From: an uncultured Spirochaetales bacterium
GTDB taxonomy: Bacteria > Myxococcota_A > UBA9160 > SMWR01
DNA length: 64,000 nt
Reading direction: 5' to 3'
Assembly: GCA_964624475.1 (NCBI GenBank)
Contig: CAZUYC010000083.1
Coordinates: forward strand, 50,368 to 114,367
The notes under the pieces were generated by a model. That model was not told the DNA's origin, searched no databases, and saw only the letters and a list, made by a program, of their open reading frames with translations. The position numbers were made by a program, and so were the translations under genes. Shown here piece after piece: positions 8,579 to 17,590 of this stretch (positions are counted from its first letter, which is position 1; every line of letters begins with the position of its first letter).

Positions 8579-10057
8579 CTAGCCCCGGGCTCGACGTCGC
8601 TCGCGGCCGCTCGTCCCCGCGAGCTCCTCGGCGCGCAGGCGCGCGATCTCCCGCGAGACGATCCGCCGCCAGCGCGGCGTCCGCTCGTGGCGCAGCGCGA
8701 GCCGCAGGAGCGTCAGCGCATCGCGCGGGCTCCCGTGCAGCGACTCGAAGACGCCGAGCGCGTGCAGGAAGGCCGGGTCGCTCGGCCGGCTCTCGAGGGC
8801 CTTGCGCAGGCGCGGGCCGTCGCCGGGCGTGAAGCGGTGGGCGAGCGCGGAGAGCCGGGTCAGGTGGAGGATGGCCTTGCGGCTGCGGTGGAGGCGCACC
8901 GCCCGGAGCGCCACCTCGAGCGCCTCCTCGGTACGGCCGAGCCCGGCGAGCGCCTCCGAGAGGCGCAAGAGGAGCCTTCCGTCCGCGTCGTTGCGCACGA
9001 GCCCCTCGCGCGCCACGCGCTCGGCGTCGGCGAAGCGCTCCGCCACGAGCAGCGCCGTGCAGAGGTCGAGTCGGGCCTGGAAGTCCTCCGGATCGCGCGC
9101 GAGGCAGCGCTCGAGCCACTCGAAGGTGAGCGAGCCCGATGCGCGCAGCAGCGCGACCCGCCCGCCTTCCGGCCGCAGCGGGGCCGCGGCCACGCGCGGC
9201 GCGGCGGGCGGCCCGGCCGGCGCTGCGGCGGCGGGTGCCGGGGCTGCGGGCGCGACGATCGGGCCGGCTACGGCAGCGATCTGGAGCGCCGCGGGAATCT
9301 CGAGCGCGATCCCCTTGCCCGCCCCGTGCGACGTCGCGACCGCGGCGGGCGCCTGGCTCGCGGCGGCCGGCGGCTGCGTGCGCTCCTCGCGGCGCGCGCG
9401 CGCGCGCAGGCCCGCGGCGCGCCGGCGCGACTCGGACCGCTCGGAGGCCGCCCGCAGCAGGACCGCGCGGGCCGCCGCTTCCCGGACCGACACCGCGCGC
9501 AGCGCGACCGCGCGGGAGGCCACCTCGGCCGGCACGGGTCCGAGCGCCGGAAGGCCGTCGGTCGCACGCGGGTCGAGCGCGGCCGTCGCCGCCGAGCGGC
9601 GCAGCGGCCGCGTCAGGAGGGCTGCCTCGAAGACCTGCGGCGCACGCGCGCGCTGCTGCACCGCGACGAGGTCGAGCTCGCGCTCGCGGCGGCGCCGCCG
9701 GAGGCCGAGGAACGCCGCGAGCGGGATGCCGCAGATCCCGATACCGACGCTCGTGAAGATCACGGCGCGCCGCCGCGGCGCGGGAGCCACGAGGCGCGCG
9801 AGACCGTCGGCGCCCGAAGCTAGCGCCGCGCGCACGGGCGGGAGGCTCGCCGCGAGGCGGCTTCGCAGCAGATCCGCGCTGGCGGCTGCCCCCGCGACGA
9901 GGGCGAGGGCGAGGATCGTCAGCGCGGCCCGGGCCCGGGCCCGGCGCGGGTGCGGGGGGCGATCGGCGCGGGTGCGGGAGGAACGGCGGCGGCGAGGGGT
10001 GGCGAAGGGGTCCAACGTTGGCTCCAGCGCGTCGGCCGCGAGGCGGACGCCGCGCAC
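8579..10057 (-). CDS. Hypothetical membrane-anchored protein with Ala/Pro-rich linker and C-terminal TPR-like repeats
   Basis: 3' part of track ORF 8579..12298. Two hydrophobic segments, then LERCLARDPEDFQARLDL / LLLRLSEALAGLGRTEEAL (TPR-like). Start GTG 10057 is tentative. Confidence 0.6.
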   Translation of the reverse strand: MRGVRLAADALEPTLDPFATPRRRRSSRTRADRPPHPRRARARAALTILALALVAGAAASADLLRSRLAASLPPVRAALASGADGLARLVAPAPRRRAVIFTSVGIGICGIPLAAFLGLRRRRRERELDLVAVQQRARAPQVFEAALLTRPLRRSAATAALDPRATDGLPALGPVPAEVASRAVALRAVSVREAAARAVLLRAASERSESRRRAAGLRARARREERTQPPAAASQAPAAVATSHGAGKGIALEIPAALQIAAVAGPIVAPAAPAPAAAAPAGPPAAPRVAAAPLRPEGGRVALLRASGSLTFEWLERCLARDPEDFQARLDLCTALLVAERFADAERVAREGLVRNDADGRLLLRLSEALAGLGRTEEALEVALRAVRLHRSRKAILHLTRLSALAHRFTPGDGPRLRKALESRPSDPAFLHALGVFESLHGSPRDALTLLRLALRHERTPRWRRIVSREIARLRAEELAGTSGRERRRARG

Positions 10058-10269
10058 ACGTCGGATCCCTTCCAGGAACAACCAGAGTCTAGACGATCCG
10101 GAGCGTGGGCGAAAGGCCCCACCAGGCCCGGCTCGGCCTCCGGCCCGCGAGCCCCGCGGGCCCGCGGGCCTGCACGCCGAGTTGCGCGCTCGTGAACCCG
10201 ACACCCGGGAGTGTCCGGGGCGAGCGCCTCGCGGTTGCGCGCTCCCCGGGGCGGGCATCCGAGGTGGCG

Positions 10270-11418
10270 TCAGCGGAGCCCGTAGAAGCGCATCGCGTTC
10301 TCGCCGAGCACCTTCCTCTGCGAGGCGAGCGGCAGCGACGCCAGCCGCTCGCGCAACTCGGCCACGACGCCCATCTCGGCGTCGAGATGCGGATAGTCCG
10401 AGGCCCAGATCACGTAGTCGTCGCCGAGGTGGGCCACGACGGGGGCGGTGAGCGTCTCGTCCGGATCCGCCGAGATCACGCACTGGCGCCGGAAGTACTC
10501 GCTCGGCAGCAGCTTCAGCGCGGTCGGGAAGCCGCCGCGCTCGACCTTGTGGTCGAGGCGATCGAGCCAGGCCGTGATCCAGTTCGAGCCCGCCTCGAGC
10601 ACGGCGCACTTGAGCTTCGGGTACTTCTCGAAGAGACCCGTCACCATCATCTGCGTGAAGGCGGCCATCACCTCGACGGCGAGGAAGGCGAACAGGAAGA
10701 CGCCGTCTGCGCCGGTGCCGCTGCGCGCCCACGGCGCAAAGGTCATGTCCTCGCGCGCCACCACGTGGAAGGCGATCGGAATGTCGAGGTCCGAGACCGT
10801 CGCCCAGAAGCGGTCGAAGTCGGGGTCGTCGAGCGACTTGCCGCGCCGCGCCGCGCGGTCGGGCGACAGATACACGCCCACGCAGCCGTCGCGGCGCGCG
10901 CGCTGGACCTCTTCGACCGCGCCTTCCGGGTTCAGCAGCGTGATGTGGGCCACGGGGTAGAGGCGCGAGGGACTCGTGCGGCAGAAGTCGACGATCCAGC
11001 GGTTGTAGGCGCGGCTGTAGGCGAGCGCGAGCTCGGGATCCTCGACGCCGCCCTCCCAGGCGATGCCGATCGTGGGGTAGAGCAGCACCTTGTCGATGCC
11101 CTCGCCGTCCATCACGGCGAGGCGTGCGCGCGGGTCGTAGCCGCCGGGCGGCGCGCCGTCCTGATACGTGCGCTGGCCCGGGATCTGGAAGGCCAGCTTC
11201 TCCGCGGGCGTCTCGGCCTCGATGCCGCCGAGCGCACCGAGCCGGCCCTTCAGCATGCGGGTCGGCTGGTTGTCGATGAACAGATTCTCGAAGCCGTCGG
11301 CGTCGATGCCGACGCGCAGCGCGCGATCCCGGAACTTCGGATCGATGTAGCGCTGCCAGGTGTCGGCGGGCTCGAGCACGTGCCCGTCGGCGTCGACGGT
11401 GAGCAGATCGCGCGGCAT
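10270..11418 (-). CDS. Amidohydrolase_2-family metal-dependent hydrolase/decarboxylase
   Basis: VDADGH, IAFHVV, AVLEAG, WASDYPH, VLGENAMRFY; start ATG 11418 with SD GGAAGGAG. Confidence 0.9.
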   Translation of the reverse strand: MPRDLLTVDADGHVLEPADTWQRYIDPKFRDRALRVGIDADGFENLFIDNQPTRMLKGRLGALGGIEAETPAEKLAFQIPGQRTYQDGAPPGGYDPRARLAVMDGEGIDKVLLYPTIGIAWEGGVEDPELALAYSRAYNRWIVDFCRTSPSRLYPVAHITLLNPEGAVEEVQRARRDGCVGVYLSPDRAARRGKSLDDPDFDRFWATVSDLDIPIAFHVVAREDMTFAPWARSGTGADGVFLFAFLAVEVMAAFTQMMVTGLFEKYPKLKCAVLEAGSNWITAWLDRLDHKVERGGFPTALKLLPSEYFRRQCVISADPDETLTAPVVAHLGDDYVIWASDYPHLDAEMGVVAELRERLASLPLASQRKVLGENAMRFYGLR

Positions 11419-11604
11419 ACGCTCCTTCCGGCGAGCCAGAGCCATGATAGAGCACCGTCGTCGCGCGTGCGTCCCGGGGCGCCACCCGGCGATCCGAGAG
11501 CAGCGGCGCGCTCGGCGATGCCCTCGTCGGCAGGGCGTCCGAAGGGGGCGGCGCATCGGAGATCCACGAGTTCTTTTCGGAGGCGCGCGCCAACCACTCT
11601 CGAG

Positions 11605-12990
11605 TCACGGACCGGGAAGCGGGCAGGAGTCGAGCAGCTCGGCGCGCGCCTGCTCGAGCGCCGCGATCGCCTCGCGGGCGAGCGCGCGGCGGCGGAAGAG
11701 CGAGCAGGAGGCGCGCTCGGTCTGGCGCCGGGCTTCCTCCAGGCGCAGGACCGCGGCGGTGTGGAGCTCGGCGTCCGCGAGCACGCGGATCGCGTCGCCG
11801 GTCTCCTCGGCGGCGCTCCCGAGCAGGCGCCGCGCCTCGGCGCGCTCGAAGTGGCCCAGCTCGCGGCTCTGCTCCAGCGCCTCGAGGCTCTGGCGGACGT
11901 TCTCGAGCGCGTTGATCACGCGCAGGAACGCAGCCACGGCCTGCGTCTGCGTGGCGTCGAGGCGGATCCCGACGCCGCGCGGGTCGAGGCTCGCGAGGAA
12001 GCGGCCGGACGGGGAGGCGTTGAAGGCGTCGCCGCTGTAGAAGGCCACCGCGCCCTCGAGGGTCGCGACCGAGCCGTCGTGGAAGAAGGGGGGCGTGTCG
12101 GCGGCCTCGACGAGCGGGGGCGTGTTGAAGGTCCCGTCGCCCGGGAACCCCTGCCCGTCGTCGGGCGGCACGAGCTCGCCGGAGAGCCGTGCGGGGCGGT
12201 CCGGCAGCGCCTCGACGCCGGTCGAGAAGTTCGCGTTGCCGAGGTCGGCGCCGTTCAGGAAGGTGTTCGCGCCGGCGTTGCGGTGGCAGATGTTGCACTT
12301 GCCGAGCGAATCGTCGAGGAAGATCTCCTGCCCGCGTCGGGCGACGGCGCCGCGCAGCGGCAGCGGCAGCGCGAGCTCGGCCTGGCGCCCGAGCGAGAGC
12401 TGGAAGGCCTCGAGCGCATCGAGCTCGTCCTCCGTGGGCAGGCGGAAGTCGACGCCGGGCACGCGGGCGAGCGTCTTCGTGAAGTGCTGGTCCACCGCGC
12501 CCGTGGCGAAGGAGCGCAGCGAACCGTCGCCAGGCGCTCCGTCTCCCGACCAGCCGGTGCGCGGCCCGCCCGGGCTCGCGACCGAGGTGCGGAGCGCCAG
12601 CGTGTGCGGGATACCGCGCAGGACGAAGCGGTTCGCGAGGTCGTCGAAGCCGTCCTGGTTCTCGAGGATCAGCGCGAGCTCGCGCATGAGCCTCGGGTTC
12701 TCGAAGTTCTCGCGCAGCTCGGGTACGCGCTCCGCGACGAAGAGCGGGTCGTCGGGCGGGAGCCCCGCGATGAAGGCGGGGTCGAGCGTCAGGTTGTTCT
12801 CCGAGGGATGGCAGGTCCCGCAGGTGCGGCCGTTGCCGGCGAAGGTCTCCTCGAAGAAGATCCGCCGGCCCTTTTCAACCGGGGACGGATCGGGCGTCCG
12901 ACAGGCGGGAAGCGCGAGCGCGCCCGCGACGGCGATCGGCACCGCGAGCCCCCGCCAGGGCGCCGCCGACGGACGCGCCCGCTTCCGCAT
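11605..12990 (-). CDS. Di-haem cytochrome c peroxidase/MauG-superfamily protein (exported, lipoprotein-like signal)
   Basis: Two CxxCH motifs (CGTCH 12808-12822, CNICH 12283-12297), GRRIFFE, GWSG Trp, FNTPPL...PFFHDGS; start ATG 12990. Confidence 0.8.
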   Translation of the reverse strand: MRKRARPSAAPWRGLAVPIAVAGALALPACRTPDPSPVEKGRRIFFEETFAGNGRTCGTCHPSENNLTLDPAFIAGLPPDDPLFVAERVPELRENFENPRLMRELALILENQDGFDDLANRFVLRGIPHTLALRTSVASPGGPRTGWSGDGAPGDGSLRSFATGAVDQHFTKTLARVPGVDFRLPTEDELDALEAFQLSLGRQAELALPLPLRGAVARRGQEIFLDDSLGKCNICHRNAGANTFLNGADLGNANFSTGVEALPDRPARLSGELVPPDDGQGFPGDGTFNTPPLVEAADTPPFFHDGSVATLEGAVAFYSGDAFNASPSGRFLASLDPRGVGIRLDATQTQAVAAFLRVINALENVRQSLEALEQSRELGHFERAEARRLLGSAAEETGDAIRVLADAELHTAAVLRLEEARRQTERASCSLFRRRALAREAIAALEQARAELLDSCPLPGP

Positions 12991-13152
12991 GGCCCGACCC
13001 TCCCGGGTTGCGCGGCGCGCGGCCGCGGGGCCGGGGCTCCCCGCCCCGACCTCTGCGGAGGGATCGGTCGCGGGCGCGGCCCGCCGCGTGAGAGCCCTCA
13101 CCGGACGCCGAGCGGGATACACTGGGGCGCGCGTTCCCCGGAGGTTCCCCGC

Positions 13153-15549
13153 ATGCAGCGCCGCTCGGATGCGTCGCACCGCCCCCTCGCCGGAATCCGC
13201 GTCGTCGACCTGGCCGACGAGAAGGGAGAGCTGGCCGGGCGGCTCCTCGCCGACTTCGGCGCCGACGTCGTGCGCGTCGAGCCGCCGGGCGGGTCGCGCT
13301 CGCGAGGGCTGCCGCCCTGCCACGGCGCGACGAGCCTCTACTTCGCGCAGCGCAACTCGAACAAGCGCGGCGTCGTGCTCGACCTCGAGCGGGAGCGCGA
13401 CCGCGCGACGCTCGTCGATCTCTGCTCGCGCGCCGACGTGCTGATCGAGTCCTTCGCGCCGGGGACGCTCGCGAAGCTCGGTCTCGCCCCGCTGGATCTG
13501 GTCGAGTGCAATCCGCACCTGGTCGCCCTCTCCGTCACGGACTTCGGCCAGACGGGTCCCTACCATGACTGGGTCGCGACCGACGCGACGCTCGAGGCGA
13601 TCGGCGGCCAGATCTTCAAGGCGGGGCTCCCCGAGAAGGCGCCGCTGCTCCCGCCGGGTGCCCTCGCCTACGACATCGCCGGCGTGATGGGCTGCTTCGC
13701 CGTCCTGACCGCGCTGCTCCAGCGCTTCCGCACCGGGCACGGCCAGGCGATCGACCTCTCCGCGCTCGAGGCGCTGGCCCAGACCACCGACTGGTCGTTC
13801 TCGAACGCCAGCTACGCGCGCGCCCGGGGCCAGACGCCGTTCGAGCTGCGCATGGGCTCGGGGCCCATGTACAGGATCTACGCCTGCAAGGGCGGCTACG
13901 TGCGGCTCGTGATCCTCTCGCCGCGGCAGTGGCGCGCCATGCGCGAGTGGCTCGGCGATCCGGACTACCTGCGCGACCCGAACTACGAGAGCTTCCTCGG
14001 CCGCATGCAGATCGCCGACGCGCTCGCGGTGACCATCGGCGATCTCTTCGCGACGCTCGGCCACGAGGAGGTCGCCTTCGAGGCGCAGCGGCGCGGCATC
14101 GTCTGCACGCCCGTGCTGCGGCCGGCGGAGGTGCTCGCCAACGTGCACTTCCGCTCCCGGGGCACCTTCGTGGACGCCGAGTACGCCCCCGGCGAGTCGG
14201 GGCCGGTCGCCTCCGGCTTCTTCGAGCTCGACGGCGAGCGCCAGGGCTTCCGCCGGCGCGCCCCGACGCCGGGCGAGCACCAGGCCGAGCTCGCGGCGGG
14301 GATCTGGCAGGGCGCCCGGCCCAAGCCCGCGCTCCCGCGCCCCGCGCCCGCGCTCCCGCTGGCGGGCCTGCGCGTCCTCGACTTCGGGATCGGCGGCGTC
14401 GGGGTCGAGTGCGGCCGGCTCTTCGGCGAGTACGGCGCGGACGTGATCAAGATCGAGAGCCGGGCCTACCCCGACTTCATCCGGGTCGTGATGTCGACGG
14501 AGATGAGCGCCTCCTTCGCCTCGTCGAGCCGCTCGAAGCGGGGCTTCGGCGTGAACCTGAAGCGCGAGCGCGGGCTCGAGCTCGTCCAGCGCCTGATCGA
14601 GCGGGCCGACGTCGTGATCGAGAACAGCGCGACCGGCACGCTGGACGACATGGGCGTGGGCTTCGCGAAGATCCGGGAGCGCAACCCGCGCTGCGTGCTG
14701 GTGAGCAGCCAGCTGCTCGGCTCGCGCGGCGCCTGGGCGGACTGGATCGGCTACGGCCCGAGCACCCAGCCGATCGGCGGACTCGTCCACCTCTGGAACT
14801 ACCAGGGCGAGGCCGACCCGGCGGGCTCCACCTCGATCTTCCCGGACCACCTGGCCGGACGGCTCTCGGCGCTGGTCGCGCTGGCCGCGCTCGTCCGCCG
14901 CGAGCGCACGGGCCTCGGCGGACACGGCGAGGTCGCGCAGGCCGAGGCCGTGACCAACATGATCGGCGACCTCCTGCTCCGCGAGGGCGTCCGGCCCGGG
15001 AGCGTCGTTGCGCTGGGCAACCGGAGCGAGCGCGGCGCGCCCTGGGGCTGCTACCCCTGCGCGGGAACCCAGCAGTGGGTGGCGATCACGCTGCGCGACG
15101 ACGAGGACTGGGGACGCCTCCAGATGGCGCTCGGCAACCCGGCCTGGGCCGAGCGGCCCGAGCTGCGCCACGTAGAAGGTCGGCGGGCCGTCCACGACGA
15201 GCTCGACCGCGAGCTCGCCGCGTGGACCTCCACGCGCTCGCGCGTCGACGTCACGGCCACGCTCCAGATGTTCCGGGTCCCCGTCGCGCCCATGCTCACG
15301 GGCAGCGACCAGGCGGCCGACCCGCACTTCCAGGCGCGCGGCTACCTGCGCTGGGTCGACCAGCAGGACCTCGGCTGGATCTGCCTGGAGGGGCCCTGCT
15401 TCCGCGCGAGCGGGATGGCCGACGTCCGCCTCTTCCAGGCGCCGCGCCTCGGCGAGCACACCCGCGAGATCTGCCGCGAGCTGCTCGGCCTCGGCGACCC
15501 GGAGATTGAGGAGCTGGTGGCGGCGGGGACGCTCGAGGTCCCGAGATAG
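13153..15549 (+). CDS. Family III CoA-transferase with two tandem CaiB/BaiF domains
   Basis: PLAGIRVVDL...LLADFGADVVRVE and PLAGLRVLDF...LFGEYGADVIKIE; candidate catalytic Asp in both halves (YDIAG, PDHLAG). Confidence 0.9.
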   Translation: MQRRSDASHRPLAGIRVVDLADEKGELAGRLLADFGADVVRVEPPGGSRSRGLPPCHGATSLYFAQRNSNKRGVVLDLERERDRATLVDLCSRADVLIESFAPGTLAKLGLAPLDLVECNPHLVALSVTDFGQTGPYHDWVATDATLEAIGGQIFKAGLPEKAPLLPPGALAYDIAGVMGCFAVLTALLQRFRTGHGQAIDLSALEALAQTTDWSFSNASYARARGQTPFELRMGSGPMYRIYACKGGYVRLVILSPRQWRAMREWLGDPDYLRDPNYESFLGRMQIADALAVTIGDLFATLGHEEVAFEAQRRGIVCTPVLRPAEVLANVHFRSRGTFVDAEYAPGESGPVASGFFELDGERQGFRRRAPTPGEHQAELAAGIWQGARPKPALPRPAPALPLAGLRVLDFGIGGVGVECGRLFGEYGADVIKIESRAYPDFIRVVMSTEMSASFASSSRSKRGFGVNLKRERGLELVQRLIERADVVIENSATGTLDDMGVGFAKIRERNPRCVLVSSQLLGSRGAWADWIGYGPSTQPIGGLVHLWNYQGEADPAGSTSIFPDHLAGRLSALVALAALVRRERTGLGGHGEVAQAEAVTNMIGDLLLREGVRPGSVVALGNRSERGAPWGCYPCAGTQQWVAITLRDDEDWGRLQMALGNPAWAERPELRHVEGRRAVHDELDRELAAWTSTRSRVDVTATLQMFRVPVAPMLTGSDQAADPHFQARGYLRWVDQQDLGWICLEGPCFRASGMADVRLFQAPRLGEHTREICRELLGLGDPEIEELVAAGTLEVPR

Positions 15550-15567
15550 CCGCGAACCTCATTGGAC

Positions 15568-15596
15568 TTGACTGCCTCGCCAGTCAGTGCCACTGT
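15568..15596 (+). promoter_or_regulatory. Putative sigma70-type promoter with overlapping TetR operator (TGACTG-N6-CAGTCA)
   Basis: Perfect inverted repeat 15569-15574 / 15581-15586 overlaps TTGACT (-35). CACTGT lies 17 bp downstream, 6 bp before the tetR GTG. Confidence 0.6.
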
Positions 15597-15602
15597 CTCG
15601 GC

Positions 15603-16286
15603 GTGCACTCCGCGCAGAGCCGTGGGCGCCGGGCGGCCCACACCCGCGCTCGGATCCTCGAAGCCGCCGCGAGGCGGTTCTCCGAGGTCGGCTTCGCGGC
15701 AACCCGTCTCGAGGACGTCGGCGAGGACGTCGGGATCGTCCGCTCGGCGATCCTCTATCACTTCAAGGACAAGCGACTCCTCTACCGCGCCGTCCTCGAC
15801 GAGGTGTTCGGTGAGCTGCTCGAGCAGCTGCGCGCGCCGCTCGAGGCGCGCGGGCCGCTCGCGGGACGCCTCGAGGCCGCCGTCGGCGCCTTCGTCGACA
15901 GCATGGCCCGCCGCCCGATCGCCGCCCGCCTGGCCATGCGCGAATCCGTGAACCCCGACCCGGAGATTCGGGCGGAGATCCAGGCCCTGGCCCGGCCGTT
16001 CCTCGCGCTGCTGGCGACGACCTTCGAGGAGGGCGAGCGCAGCGGCGTCTTCCGGCCCCGCCATCCGGATCCGCTGCACTTCGCGAGCGCGCTGGCCGGG
16101 GCGACGCTCTTCTACGTGGCGGCGCTCCCCACCTTCGTGGGCGAGCTGCCCTACGACCCGCTCTCGCGCGAGCCGCTCGAGGCGCACAAGCGCGACGTTC
16201 TGGACATCACCCGGCGCCTGCTCGGAACCCGAGGGCCGCGCGCCGTGCAGCAGCACTCGAACCCGTCCGAACGGAGGAGCTCATGA
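15603..16286 (+). CDS. TetR/AcrR-family transcriptional regulator
   Basis: RILEAAARRFSEVGFAATRLEDV...GIVRSAILYHFKDK HTH; ATGA overlap with the P450. Confidence 0.92.
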   Translation: MHSAQSRGRRAAHTRARILEAAARRFSEVGFAATRLEDVGEDVGIVRSAILYHFKDKRLLYRAVLDEVFGELLEQLRAPLEARGPLAGRLEAAVGAFVDSMARRPIAARLAMRESVNPDPEIRAEIQALARPFLALLATTFEEGERSGVFRPRHPDPLHFASALAGATLFYVAALPTFVGELPYDPLSREPLEAHKRDVLDITRRLLGTRGPRAVQQHSNPSERRSS

Positions 16287-17575
16287 CCGCTTCCGGTGTG
16301 TCCTACGACCCGTTCTCGATCGAGATGCGGGCCGATCCGTACCCGCACTACGCGGCCCTGCGCGCGCACGCCCCCGTACACCGCCTCGAGGGCTCGGGCT
16401 TCCACCTGGTCTCCCGCTACGAGGACGTGTTGTACGTGCTCAAGCATCCCGAGCTCTTCTCCTCCCGCGCGATGCAGCGCATGATGATGGCCGGCATGGG
16501 AGGCGGCATCCCGAAGATGGACCCGAGCCAGGATTTCGACCCGCAGGCGCTCCAGGTGTTCCGCGCCCTCGCGCCGCGTCCCGGCTTCGACCCGCTCGCC
16601 ATGCTGACGACGCCCTCGGTGATCGCCTCCGATCCGCCGAACCACGAGCGTCTGCGAGGCATCGTGAACCGCGGATTCACGCCGCGCCGCATCGCTGCGC
16701 TCGAGGCGCGGGTGCGAAAGATCTCGAGCGACGCCCTGGACCGGATGCTGGCGCAGGAGACCTTCGATCTGGTGCGCGACTTCACCGTTCCGCTGCCGGT
16801 GACGGTGATCGCCGAGCTGCTGGGGGTGGAGGCCGAGCGCTTCGCCGACTTCAAGCGCTGGTCGGACACGCTGATCTCTGCAACCACCGGCTCTGCCTCG
16901 GGGACCCGGCCGGCGGCGCTGCTGACCGCCTTCGCGGAGTTCAACACCTACTTCCTGGACGCGATCGAACGGAGTCGGCGCGACCCCAAGGACGACCTGA
17001 TCAGCGCGCTGGTCGCCGCGGAGGGCGGGGAGGCGGCGCTCACCCCGATGGAGACGCTGATGTTCACGGTGCTGCTGCTGGTGGCCGGCAACGAGACGAC
17101 GACCAACCTGATCGGCAACACGGTGCTCGCTCTGCTGGAGCGTCCCGAGCAGCTCGAGCGCGTGCGCGCCGACCGGTCGCTGATCCCGCGACTCGTCGAG
17201 GAGGGCCTCCGCTACGACGGGCCGGTGCAGATGCTCTTCCGGGAGACGACCCAGGAGGTGGAGCTGGCCGGCACGCCGATTCCGAAGGGCGCGGTGGTCG
17301 TGCCGATCTTCGCCTCCGCGAACCGCGATGCGGCGCAGTTCCCGGAGCCCGACCGCTTCGACATCGACCGCGATACCCGGGGCCACCTGGCCTTCGGCTT
17401 CGGCATCCACTTCTGCCTGGGGGCTTCGCTGGCGCGCCTCGAGGCGCGCGTGGGCTTCGAGGAGCTCTTCGCGCGGGTCGCAAAGCTGCGCAAGCTCGAG
17501 CCGGAGACGGAGTACGTCGACTCGTTCCTGCTGCGCGGGCCCCGCCGGCTTCGCCTCGCGGCCGAGCTCGCCTAG
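16283..17575 (+). CDS. Cytochrome P450
   Basis: Haem motif FGFGIHFCLG, I-helix AGNETT, ExxR (EEGLR), DPPNHERLR. Confidence 0.95.
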   Translation: MTASGVSYDPFSIEMRADPYPHYAALRAHAPVHRLEGSGFHLVSRYEDVLYVLKHPELFSSRAMQRMMMAGMGGGIPKMDPSQDFDPQALQVFRALAPRPGFDPLAMLTTPSVIASDPPNHERLRGIVNRGFTPRRIAALEARVRKISSDALDRMLAQETFDLVRDFTVPLPVTVIAELLGVEAERFADFKRWSDTLISATTGSASGTRPAALLTAFAEFNTYFLDAIERSRRDPKDDLISALVAAEGGEAALTPMETLMFTVLLLVAGNETTTNLIGNTVLALLERPEQLERVRADRSLIPRLVEEGLRYDGPVQMLFRETTQEVELAGTPIPKGAVVVPIFASANRDAAQFPEPDRFDIDRDTRGHLAFGFGIHFCLGASLARLEARVGFEELFARVAKLRKLEPETEYVDSFLLRGPRRLRLAAELA

Positions 17576-17590
17576 CGGCTCGCTCGCCCT

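Noticed and set aside
10105-13152. 5' 1000 codons of the 1814-aa track ORF 10105..15549
   Set aside because: Antisense to the amidohydrolase and di-haem genes; only the part from ATG 13153 has protein-family motifs.
12991-15459. 5' part of the 1284-aa track ORF 11605..15459
   Set aside because: Antisense shadow of the CoA-transferase; the real gene starts at 12990.
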